Below are positions 1 through 11,100 of a stretch of DNA of 64,000 bases, piece after piece (positions within the stretch are counted from its first letter, which is position 1; each line of letters opens with the position of its first letter). Source of the stretch: a virus (lineage: Duplodnaviria; Caudoviricetes); IMG/VR virus record IMGVR_UViG_3300033463_000070, positions 20,700 through 84,699 of that record; one strand, given 5' to 3'. Both the position numbers and the translations under genes were made by a program. The notes under the pieces were generated by a model. It did no database searches, had not been told where the DNA came from, and saw only the letters and a program-made list of their open reading frames with translations.

Positions 1-1023
1 AATAGTAACGGAAAAATATATTTACATAATGCTGGAGATGCAGATAAGAGAGAAGTAACAGCATATCATCAAGAAAATTTATATGGTGGTATACTTGCTC
101 CTCATTATTTTAATGATGGAATGCGTGTAGTATTACGATACGGAACACGATTGTTTACCTGTCAAGAATGTGGATATGAAGTAAATAGAGCTTTTGATAC
201 ATGTCCTATGTGCGGAAATAACGATATAACATATGAAAGGGGAAACTTTTATACCATATTACAAGAAACAGGAGCACAATCAGATTACTTTAATTTTACA
301 TTTGATGGATTTATTTTCAGTAGTAATCTTCATTTAATAGGATGGAATTATGGAGGAATTACGCATGGTAATCATATAATACTTAAAAATATTTCTTTTA
401 TACATGAAGAATATCTAGATAATCAAACTGTTCAACTTCTTGGAGATAATACAGCATTGATATCAGGAAGAGATGACATCGTCGATGAAGGTGAATATCA
501 ATACAGAGCTGTTTACGATGGAGATGAAAATTATAATGATTTACGACCATTTACATATGATATAAAAATAAGGGGAACATCACAAAATGGAACATTAACA
601 AGAATTGATAATAATACTTTTAAAATTCATCATAAAAACTACAATACTCAACATGTTATAGGATGGCTTTTAGCTAGAAATTTAAATGATGAAATTCGTA
701 TACCAATCATAACCAAAATTAATGGAACTTTTACAATTGAAGATATTGATAATTGGGATTCATATACTGAATTTGAATTACATAAAAATCCAAAAGATGA
801 AGATTTATTAGAAATAATGCAAGAATCTAATACAAATGATGTATACGAAAACTTAATATATTATTATGAAAATTTAACATTTAGAAGAGGTCTGTATCCT
901 CCTGATTATCATTATGAACCAGCTCAGTTTAATAAATCATTAGCTATTTCTTTGCATAATCAATGGCTTGAAAATGAAGAAAAAGTGTTATTTACTACCT
1001 ATAATTATATAACAATTAGGTGA
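1..1023 (+). CDS. Putative virion structural protein, 5'-partial, with a double zinc ribbon
   Basis: Frame 1 is open from base 1, so the ORF probably starts upstream of the window. Contains CQECG-x7-CPMCG. First gene of the + strand structural block. Confidence 0.55.
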   Translation, partial: NSNGKIYLHNAGDADKREVTAYHQENLYGGILAPHYFNDGMRVVLRYGTRLFTCQECGYEVNRAFDTCPMCGNNDITYERGNFYTILQETGAQSDYFNFTFDGFIFSSNLHLIGWNYGGITHGNHIILKNISFIHEEYLDNQTVQLLGDNTALISGRDDIVDEGEYQYRAVYDGDENYNDLRPFTYDIKIRGTSQNGTLTRIDNNTFKIHHKNYNTQHVIGWLLARNLNDEIRIPIITKINGTFTIEDIDNWDSYTEFELHKNPKDEDLLEIMQESNTNDVYENLIYYYENLTFRRGLYPPDYHYEPAQFNKSLAISLHNQWLENEEKVLFTTYNYITIR

Positions 1024-1029
1024 TATACA

Positions 1030-4000
1030 ATGGAACTTTCAGAAGTAAAACAACTAACCCATAAAATAATTAAAATTAATATTACAAACAAAAATTATCA
1101 TTCATCATATAGTTATATCACCAGACAAATAGTTTTATCAGATGTTTCTGATGAAGAAGTTGTACGATTTAGTCTAGAAGAAAATTCCAATTTCATCCAA
1201 CATCAATGTGATGATGAAAATAGAAACATTTTTTATGTAGTAATTCCAAACAAAGTTAATTCAACAATTTCATTATACGCTCATTACTTCCCTGCTGAAT
1301 TATATGAATACGAAGAAGATAAGAATATTTATTGGAGTTTTAATTTTCAAGATTTACTCACAGAAAATCCACTAAATGATAGTGGTCATAAATATCCAAT
1401 TATTGAAACAGATGAAAGCACAGGATATCGAAAAGAAGCAGGGTATAAAGATGGAAGTATACAATTAAAATCTATATTACCAGATAGTATAGATGGATAT
1501 AAAAATCCAAATTATAAAAATTTTACAAAAACCAACATTAATGATGATAAAGATATGACTCAACAAGGTTATACTCCTTTATCAAGTCGATATAGAAAAC
1601 CATATAAATACTTTAATGAAGCTCCAAGTCTAAATGGAGACCCATATTGGAGTGCAGAAGAAGCTCATGGAACAATATGTAAAGAAACACCATATTGGGA
1701 AATAAGAATTAATAGAGATGGTTTAAGTCGCTTAGTTGCAGATACAGTAGATGGAAAATATTATCCTATTTCTGTTCATCTTGGTTATGAATATTTACCA
1801 ACCAGTACACATTATCACCAACATTATTATGGTTTTGAGGGAGAATGTCCAGACCCAAATGATATCTATGTTTTTGAGGGAACAAATATAACAGATGTTA
1901 ATGATGGTTTTGGGTCAAAAAATAATTATCGTATTATTAAAAGAACAGAACCTTTTGATGACACTTATAGTATGTTTGTAGACCATGAATGTATATTACC
2001 AATTAATTTATTGGAATGTAAACCAGAAGGATATATTACTAAAAATAAATGTTATGATTATTATACCTATACAGCTATAGGTAATGATATTCCGGGACGA
2101 GCTGTTAATTTACAAGCTGGAGAACAATATAGTTTACGATATTTTATTTTTGTACCTAATAAAGTTGATGCTCTTGTTGATGAAATAATGACAGCTGATT
2201 GCTATCTTGCTATCAATGGACAACGAATTGAAGATGAATTTTTGGAATATGACAAGCAAGAAAGAAATCAATGGGTATATCATGAAGTACCATTTATCGC
2301 TCAAGGTGGTGGAGCAGATTGGCTAGAAGTTATCGGACCTCATAGTAATCCAGAAATAGAATTCTTTTTAACTAAAATTGAAATCGAAAAATTTGTTGAA
2401 TATAGACCAACTTTAACTTACAATGAACATGGATTAAAAGTAGAAGAAGCAACTTTTGATAATACGTGTACAAACGAAAGAAAAGAAGGCTCCAAAGGAG
2501 TATTAAGAATTCCAGAAGTCAGCGAAGAGAACAAAAAATGGGAAATAAGAACAGCTACTAATGTTTGGGAGCAAAAAACTCAATTACCAAATCCACAAGG
2601 AAAAGTATTCTTCATTTTAGGAGACGATGTTAGTCTTGATTATGACGAACTTACAAGTAATTTATATTATTCTCATTTAGATGATAATGATTATGGAATC
2701 AAATATTATCCATTTTATATTGATGAAGAACCACCAAAAATAAAAATACCAGATAGACTTGGTAATAATATCGATGATTTAATTATAGCAATAACAAAAC
2801 AATATGATTTTGAATCAGAAAATAATCCAGATTATGGAATGTTAGAAATAGATGAATATAATTATATAACAATTCCAGATAAATATCAAAAAACTGGAAC
2901 ATATACAGTTCATATTGAAAATTATATTACAGGAGAAGAATACGATTATAATTACAAAGTTAAACCAAAAAGAATCAGAGATGACTTAGAAGGTTTTGAA
3001 GAAGGAGATTTAGGACAAAGTGACGTAAGAGACGAAGATACAAATAATAAGTTATATAATTTATCATATGATATATCCACTGGAGATTTAAATTTTACTT
3101 ACCCAAGAACTGTGCAATTTTTTAAGGCAAGAAATAATCATTTTGAATTATCATTAATTGATAGTTATGATAATATCATTACTCGTGGCAGTACGAGAGT
3201 AGAATTTATTAAAGGACGAACTACTTTTGAAGAAGCATTAGTAGATGCGGGAAAAAGAGATGTTCAAAAAGATGGAAAAGTATATTATAGAAAAATTAAT
3301 TTATCAGATTTAGAATTAGATAAAGATGAAAATGGAAATGAAATAGCAACGATATTTCATTTAAGAATTTATTATACAGACCCATGTTACGATGAACCAA
3401 TTATTGATTTCAAAAAAGTATGGGTGGAACCATTAAATCTTGATTTAAGACCTAGTATTAATGGTAACTACAAAAATAGTAGATTCATATCATATACACA
3501 AGATGGTACACCTGTTTATGGAAAAGATTGCGAAGGATACAAACAGTCAGAATATTATGAAGATGATGACGCAAGCAAATCTGATAGTAATGAAGACGAA
3601 GAAGAACAAGTTCAACAACGTCAAACTGAATACCAAAACTTTGAAACACACGCTCCATTAGTTGATGATGATACACACAAAAGTTATTATGGTGGAGTGT
3701 GGGGTAATTATCCTATTTTAGATAAAACACATTTCAAAGGAACAAGAATTGTTCGAGGAGGATATTATATTTATGATGTTGAAGCTGAATTCCCATTAGA
3801 TATATGTGTAGATGTTGTTAACAAATTCAGTTCAGGTGAACTACAACCAATACCAATTGGACATTATTGTGAGTTATCAATTGATGACAAAGTTATTCAA
3901 ACAACATTAAGTGATGCAGAAGGAAAAGCGCATTTCTATATTGATTTGAATGATGCTCCTTTGCGAAAACACACAATTAAGATAGAATGTTTCGACAGAT

Positions 4001-5133
4001 ATTGGGAGCCAATTAAATATATTTACTTTGATTTAATTATCTGTGAAGATACAACTAAAATTAGACCAGCAGTGCCAATAGCATTTAAACACTTCCCATA
4101 CTGTCCGGGATATGTTAAAACCGATGATGAAACACAATGTGAATTTACTTACCTAACTGATGACAATCTTAATTTATATATCCCTCAAGATGATACTTTA
4201 TTGCTTGATTTCGATAATAGTAAAAATCATTTTAACTTCAAATTATCAGTATACAGACACAAACCACAATATAAAAATATAAGTAAATTTACCAATAGAA
4301 ACAGTACACTAATTTATTCAAAAAATATTTATAACGAACAAGATTTGCTTTTATTTATATCAGCTGGATTAAATTTTGATACAGATTGCAAATTAGAAAG
4401 AGATGGAATAGAAGCCCAACACCCAAGTACAACCTCACCATCAGAAACAACACAAATAGCGAACTTGCGAGATAATATTAAATTACATGGAAAAACTCCA
4501 TCTGTAAATATGCTTGCTTACTTTAACGCTAACGAACAAATTATAAGAACAAATCAAGCTACTACAACAATTTCACCAGAAATTATGTGTGATTTAATGT
4601 TATATGCTCCTATAGTAAATCTAAAAGAACTTAATAATACAACTATAGCAGACTTATTTAATTTCTATCGTAAAAATACATTAGATAATCCAGTAAGATA
4701 TTCTATCGTCACAAGTAGTCTTGACGGAGAAAATAGATATAGAACTCATAAAAGAACATTTACCGTACATTATATGAATAATGTTAGAGCAAATAATTAT
4801 AAAATGCAATGGGACGGAAAAAATAATAATGAACCACTCTACACCTTAAATGAAGAAGGAAAATGGATTTTCAAATCAATTGAAATTAAAAAAACAGCAG
4901 CATACAATCCAAATGATATTCGTTCTATAGATAATGATAATGAATATATAAAAGAAGGAAAAATAGAAGTATATCAAAATGGACAATTATATCATTATCC
5001 ACCTATTGTTTATGATAACGGAGATTATGTGTGTAAAGTTGAAAATATAATCAAAAAAGAAGCCAATGAAAAAATACAATTAAGATATGTATTTAAAGAT
5101 GGATACCATTTTATAACAGATAGCGAGGATTAA
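1030..5133 (+). CDS. Large virion/tail-associated protein (1367 aa), beta-rich, possible carbohydrate-binding and Ig-like modules
   Basis: GGTGA RBS 6-7 nt upstream. Long Y/D/N-rich ORF, 1 nt from the next gene. Function inferred from size and context only. Confidence 0.5.
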   Translation: MELSEVKQLTHKIIKINITNKNYHSSYSYITRQIVLSDVSDEEVVRFSLEENSNFIQHQCDDENRNIFYVVIPNKVNSTISLYAHYFPAELYEYEEDKNIYWSFNFQDLLTENPLNDSGHKYPIIETDESTGYRKEAGYKDGSIQLKSILPDSIDGYKNPNYKNFTKTNINDDKDMTQQGYTPLSSRYRKPYKYFNEAPSLNGDPYWSAEEAHGTICKETPYWEIRINRDGLSRLVADTVDGKYYPISVHLGYEYLPTSTHYHQHYYGFEGECPDPNDIYVFEGTNITDVNDGFGSKNNYRIIKRTEPFDDTYSMFVDHECILPINLLECKPEGYITKNKCYDYYTYTAIGNDIPGRAVNLQAGEQYSLRYFIFVPNKVDALVDEIMTADCYLAINGQRIEDEFLEYDKQERNQWVYHEVPFIAQGGGADWLEVIGPHSNPEIEFFLTKIEIEKFVEYRPTLTYNEHGLKVEEATFDNTCTNERKEGSKGVLRIPEVSEENKKWEIRTATNVWEQKTQLPNPQGKVFFILGDDVSLDYDELTSNLYYSHLDDNDYGIKYYPFYIDEEPPKIKIPDRLGNNIDDLIIAITKQYDFESENNPDYGMLEIDEYNYITIPDKYQKTGTYTVHIENYITGEEYDYNYKVKPKRIRDDLEGFEEGDLGQSDVRDEDTNNKLYNLSYDISTGDLNFTYPRTVQFFKARNNHFELSLIDSYDNIITRGSTRVEFIKGRTTFEEALVDAGKRDVQKDGKVYYRKINLSDLELDKDENGNEIATIFHLRIYYTDPCYDEPIIDFKKVWVEPLNLDLRPSINGNYKNSRFISYTQDGTPVYGKDCEGYKQSEYYEDDDASKSDSNEDEEEQVQQRQTEYQNFETHAPLVDDDTHKSYYGGVWGNYPILDKTHFKGTRIVRGGYYIYDVEAEFPLDICVDVVNKFSSGELQPIPIGHYCELSIDDKVIQTTLSDAEGKAHFYIDLNDAPLRKHTIKIECFDRYWEPIKYIYFDLIICEDTTKIRPAVPIAFKHFPYCPGYVKTDDETQCEFTYLTDDNLNLYIPQDDTLLLDFDNSKNHFNFKLSVYRHKPQYKNISKFTNRNSTLIYSKNIYNEQDLLLFISAGLNFDTDCKLERDGIEAQHPSTTSPSETTQIANLRDNIKLHGKTPSVNMLAYFNANEQIIRTNQATTTISPEIMCDLMLYAPIVNLKELNNTTIADLFNFYRKNTLDNPVRYSIVTSSLDGENRYRTHKRTFTVHYMNNVRANNYKMQWDGKNNNEPLYTLNEEGKWIFKSIEIKKTAAYNPNDIRSIDNDNEYIKEGKIEVYQNGQLYHYPPIVYDNGDYVCKVENIIKKEANEKIQLRYVFKDGYHFITDSED

Positions 5134-5134
5134 T

Positions 5135-8100
5135 ATGGCAACAAAAAAAGTAACTATATACCCATCAAAAATTACAACTCAAGCAACAAGGTCAACCGAG
5201 ACCAATACTCAAATATTAGAAAATAAAGAAAATTTAAAATCTAGTAACAAATCTTTAGCCTTTTGGGGAGTTAGACATCCAACTTGGAAACCTTCATACT
5301 TGCGTAGATATCCAGACAGTATCACTACTCCAAGTGGTTCATTTAATGACCCAGCTCCATTTACAGCATCAAAATTTAAAATATCTGGAGCAGATAAAAG
5401 AAGTAAAGTTAAAAACATATGGGTTGAATACAAATGGGAACAAATATCATATTCATCTACAACTGCTTATGGAAAATTTGATAAACCTATTATAAAAATT
5501 AAAAAAGGAGATAAGCAATTAGATAGTATATATGGAGCTATTCCAAGTAAAAATAGATATGATAATTGTAAAAGCGGTAGTTGCCAAAATGTAGATTCCG
5601 CCGAACTCGCTAAATTACATACTCACAAATTAACTGGAGTTTCTGAATTAACATTAGATGACCTTTTGAATAATGTTAAAATTATTTTTGACCCAAAAAA
5701 AAATACAGCAAGCAATCATTGCCGTATTGTAATACAATTTTTTAGAATTATTGTAGAATACACGCCATATGTATCTAAAGACAAAAAGAAAGACCCACCG
5801 CAAATTATTGATGAAGAACCAGAGCCACAAATTATTCATCCAAATTATGATATTTCAGTAAAATTAGATAAGAAAAAAGCATTAATTAATGAAGAATATT
5901 ATTGTACATTAAAAGTATGGAATACTGTTCCAAATGCAGAAATATTATCACCGTTACAAGTGCTGCTTGATATACCTGTAAACACAGAAATATCAGTTGT
6001 AGAAATGATTGGTGGGGGAGATATAACTGTTAATAATGGATGCCAATGGTATATCACTGATTTTGAAAATAATATGGCACAGGTAAAATTCATATGTAAA
6101 ACAAATTTACCCGTTCAACAAGGAACATATATAGGGTCATTCTTCTATCCAACTACATCACAACAAGGAAAGTCATCAGATTATATTAAAATTGTAAGTG
6201 ATGATGTTGAATTTAGTTTTTATAAATCAAATACTAAATCATCATTTGTGCAAGGTTCTACTGAAGATAATACGAGTTTCTTTTATGTTACTATGAACGC
6301 AAGCGAACTTCCTACTGGTGCAACAATTGAAATAGATACAGCTGGTTTTATAACGGAAGAAACATGGGGTAAATGGGTTAAAAATACAAATGATTATGAT
6401 TTAAATCTTGTACCAAATACAAATGGAATTTGGAAAATTACTAATATTAAAACTCAATATATTAAACTTCCATCTAATTTAATTGACTTAACCTCACAAG
6501 GAGCTGGACAATATACATTATTGGCTACATACAAAAAGAACGAAAAGATATTAACAAGAAAAATATATCTTACTGTTGCAGGTAGAAAATTACAAAAAGA
6601 ATACTTCAAATTAAGACTTGAAGATGGGTCTGATGTACAATATAATGATTTGAGTATAACAGAAGGGGATGACTTAAGTATTCCATTGGAATTTAGTATG
6701 GAAGATATGTATGAAACTTTCGAAAATAATTTGATTATCAACGGTGATACAAAACGATTTTCAACTAAAGAAGCAAGATATGCATCATTCGATTTATACA
6801 TAGAATCAGATGAAGACGAAACATACGAAAACGTTATTGCTTACTTAGATGCTTACGATGAAGAGTATGAATGCGAAGAAATAATTATAGGAGCAGATGC
6901 TAATATAGATTTACACACATCAAACACAGGAAGAACATTTTGTGTTATTCATGAATTAAAAACAAATACGCACAACAAATTAAAATTTATATTACAATCA
7001 GATGAACCAAGAGAAACAGTTATAAAATTAAAACCATTAAACTATGATGAATATGACACAGGGAAATGGAAACCAATGAATATTACATTCAAAGATATTC
7101 CAGACATACAAATAAAAATAAAAGGTCCATCTGAAATAATTTACCATAACAATAAAGAAGCAGAATTTAAATTACAATATATAATACAAAACAAATCAAA
7201 CATAAAAGGAGAAGATATCAAATTCCAATTAACAGAACATACTGCTTTTGAAAGAGATATCTATCCATATAAATTTTCAGCACAATATGGAGCATCATTT
7301 AACACTCCAATATTTAATGATAAAAAACGAACCATATATTTCCCTGAATTAAGTGCAAATGGTCCTGAACATATATTAGAAGTAAGTTATCGAGCAAGAA
7401 AGAAAGGAATTTTTGAATTTGCTATACAAACAGTTGATTATGGAAACACATTAAAAGACGACCAACATTATAATATATATCGACATAAAATGCTAGTTAA
7501 CGTTACAGCAGACTTAGATGTAAAAACATCTGTTAGCAATAAAACTCCATATTTAAATGAAATTATTGATTATACAATTAAAGTTACAAACAGGTCAAAA
7601 AGACAAGAAAATTTAACATTCCAAATAAGAGATATAGGTCATTATGAACGCAATTTACATCGAAAAAATGACTATAACATAATAGAATGGGAAGGTCCGG
7701 GACAATTTGAAACAAAAGAAGACACAGAACAAGAACAATGGGTTAATAATTATATCGGACTGTGGACATTAACCAATGTTCAACCTGATGAAACTAATAC
7801 ACTTGTATTATCATTACAACCAAAAGATACTGGAACACATGTAATTAACACAATAACAACAGATAAAAATGGTAATGTACAAAGTTTTGATGATTATGTT
7901 CAAGTTTATGAGCCAGATAAAAAAATAGATTTAAATGTTTATCAAGCTATAAATCAAACAGAACATGAAAATTGTTGTAATCCTGATATTTTAACTGAAA
8001 TATGTGATGATGATTTTATCACAATTGGTGATGAAATTTATTATGTTATTGAAGTAATTAATAAAGAAAGAAATGATATTCACCCAGCTGATAGAGTACA

Positions 8101-11100
8101 TGGGTACTTGAAAGAAGGAGCTGTTGTAAAAGTAAAAATAAGATTACCAAAAAGCTTTGAATACACTGGATGTGCCACACAAGATGGTGATGATGGTTTT
8201 GAAATAGATGAAACCGGATTAATTACTTTACATGTTGATGATATAACACAATGTGATTCTAGAAAATTCTGTTTCAAAGTTATACCACAAAAAAAAGGAA
8301 AATTTGTATCAAACTTTATATTATCAGCAAGAAATACCAAAACAATTAATAAAAAATTAAATTTAATGGTAGATTCTTATTTCGATGAAAGAAAAACTGA
8401 ACATGAAATAACTATTTATAATTTTGAAAAAACAAATAGATATTTTAGATACGAACTCGATGGTGACAATAATTTATTTAAATTCTACAATAAAGGAGAT
8501 AAGTCAAAACGTACTGTCGATGTTGAAAAACATAATGCATCTAAATTAGAAGTATACAGAGGAAGTACGCTTAAAGAATTAGTAGATAAAATAAAAGATG
8601 AATCCAAATATGTTGAGCCAGAACTAATTAGAGTAGGAAGCAATCATTTAGCTACAAAAGGATATGAATTATATCCTAATGGATTTATCAATAGATTTGG
8701 GTTATTAAATTCAGAAGTTTATCATTATACAGGACAACTTCCAACAATAGGTAATTTAGTTGATTATGCTCTACGATGGGACGTTGATAATTGGGACCAA
8801 AAAGTTTGGACTGGAAAAAATTATCAAAATGGAGTATTTAGTTTAACAGTTAATTATAGTAAAATTCCAACTAATTTTAATATTTTGGAATTAACCAAAC
8901 CATTAAATACTTTACAAGTTTTAGTGGATAGAGTAAAACCATTTGGAACAAAAGCAATTTGTTATTTCTCATTTGATGTTAAATTTGAAATTAAAATAGT
9001 TATGGACGAAATTAAATCAGAATTATTAAATGATTTAAGTTTTAATATCAAACTAGAAGATTTAGGATTAATATCATGGTATAATAGACATGATAATAGT
9101 GTTGCAATTTATTTTGATTTAACTAAATATTATATAGATATTGATGATGACATATTAATATCACTTAGCAGTCAAGATAAAACATTTTGGGATAATAAAC
9201 ATATCATAGGAGAAGTTGATGCAGAATATTGTGTAGATGTTTTTAACGAAAGCAGGTCAAGACAATATATCGAAGATGCTTATGATATCGTGGAAAATCT
9301 ACAGGATAAAAGTAATTATATTAAAAATGTAACAATTAGTAAACATAATGTAGACGAAATATCTCCAACTTCTTTATTAGTCACAGATAAAACTACTGTC
9401 AATAGAATTCATAATGAAGATGTTTTTAATTTTTATTTTGATTATGATATAAATTATGATGAAAAAATTGGTATATTTTTAGATACAGAAGAGGGAGAAT
9501 TGTATTGCCAACTAATAAAAAATAAATTAACACACAATCAATTCCAATTAATACATCCAGATGGTAATATTATTAATACCATTAATAAAAAAAATATTAC
9601 TAATTTCAAAATACAAGTTCAATGTTTTGAACTTAATAATAAGAATAAAATTATACACTTTTGGTGTGCAATAAATACACTTGACTATGAGTATTTGGGG
9701 TATTATATATGTAGTAATACATTTGCTCCATCAATATTTTTATTTAATAAAACATCAATTGGAAATACTAATAATCGTATATGTTCATATACATATACAT
9801 CACAAAAAGATGACCCAATTACATTTTCTATTGATGACAATGAACATTATACTTCTCCTAAATATAGTGAAATTTATCAAACTAATAGTAGATATCAATG
9901 GAATAATTTAAATAAAATAGGTAAACAACCAATAAGTTTGAAAACAACATTAGATAGTGAATGTGAAATAAAAACCATTAAGCCACCTAAATTAATGCTT
10001 AGATATGATAAATTTAATCTTGATAGGTCGGATGAAATTATAGATATTTTCTTCGACATTAAAAGTAACAAAGCAATTGAAAATCTTAATTTAGGAGTAT
10101 TTAGAGATGGAACTTATTATCTTCCTAAAAAAGGAGTTGTAAAAAAAATCTATATGCCACATCATATTGATAATGTTATTCAGGAGTATAATTCAACAGT
10201 TAGTATTCAGCAACCAAATATTACAATTTGTTCTGAATGTTTAAAAACAAGTTTAGGATATTATAATAAATGTCCTTATTGTTCATCAGAATCAGTTACA
10301 CATCAAAAAGAAAAACAAGATGTTACAATTTGTTATAATTGTGGATGGGTATCTGATGGATGGAGAACTAATTGTAAACATTGTTTATCTAAAGATATAA
10401 TCAGAACAACTGTAGATTATAATAAAACATATTGTTATAATTGTCGAAGTATGCATGATGATTATTACAGTGCATGTCCTTATTGTTTCTCCACTAATAT
10501 AATACATCTACAAAATGATTCTGATATGTATCGTATATACAATCAAGACATTACAAATATCAAACCTATAGTTATCCAAAGTGATATTGAAGGCAGCATT
10601 AATGTATGTAATATTACTATTCCATTGAATAAAAATAGTAAGAAATTAGATGAATTAAAAGATTTAACATTAGTGATGAATGTTACTAATAATAATAATG
10701 GAGAATATTATTATTGTGAAACATGTGAAACAACAGGACTAGGTAATCCTGAAAAATGTCCTAATTGTAATGAAAGTAGTCCAAAATATTATCATGCTAT
10801 TAATTTATACGATAATTATAATAATAAAAAATCTAATTTAACTATGTTTGTGTATTCAACTGTTAATGGTGAAACTAGTATTTGTGAAGTAACTCCGAAC
10901 GGAGGAAATGTTGATGGCACAGTTGATATTGAAATTCCTATTTTAGATTTAGCTAAACGTAATAATCGAGATAGTTTCAATTTAATTATTGATGCAGAAA
11001 ACACAATATATAAAGCAAGCAAGGAAACAATTTATAAAGCTCCAATATCAAATTATGGACAAGAATATCTCGATAAAGCGTTACAAAGTATTTTTATGGA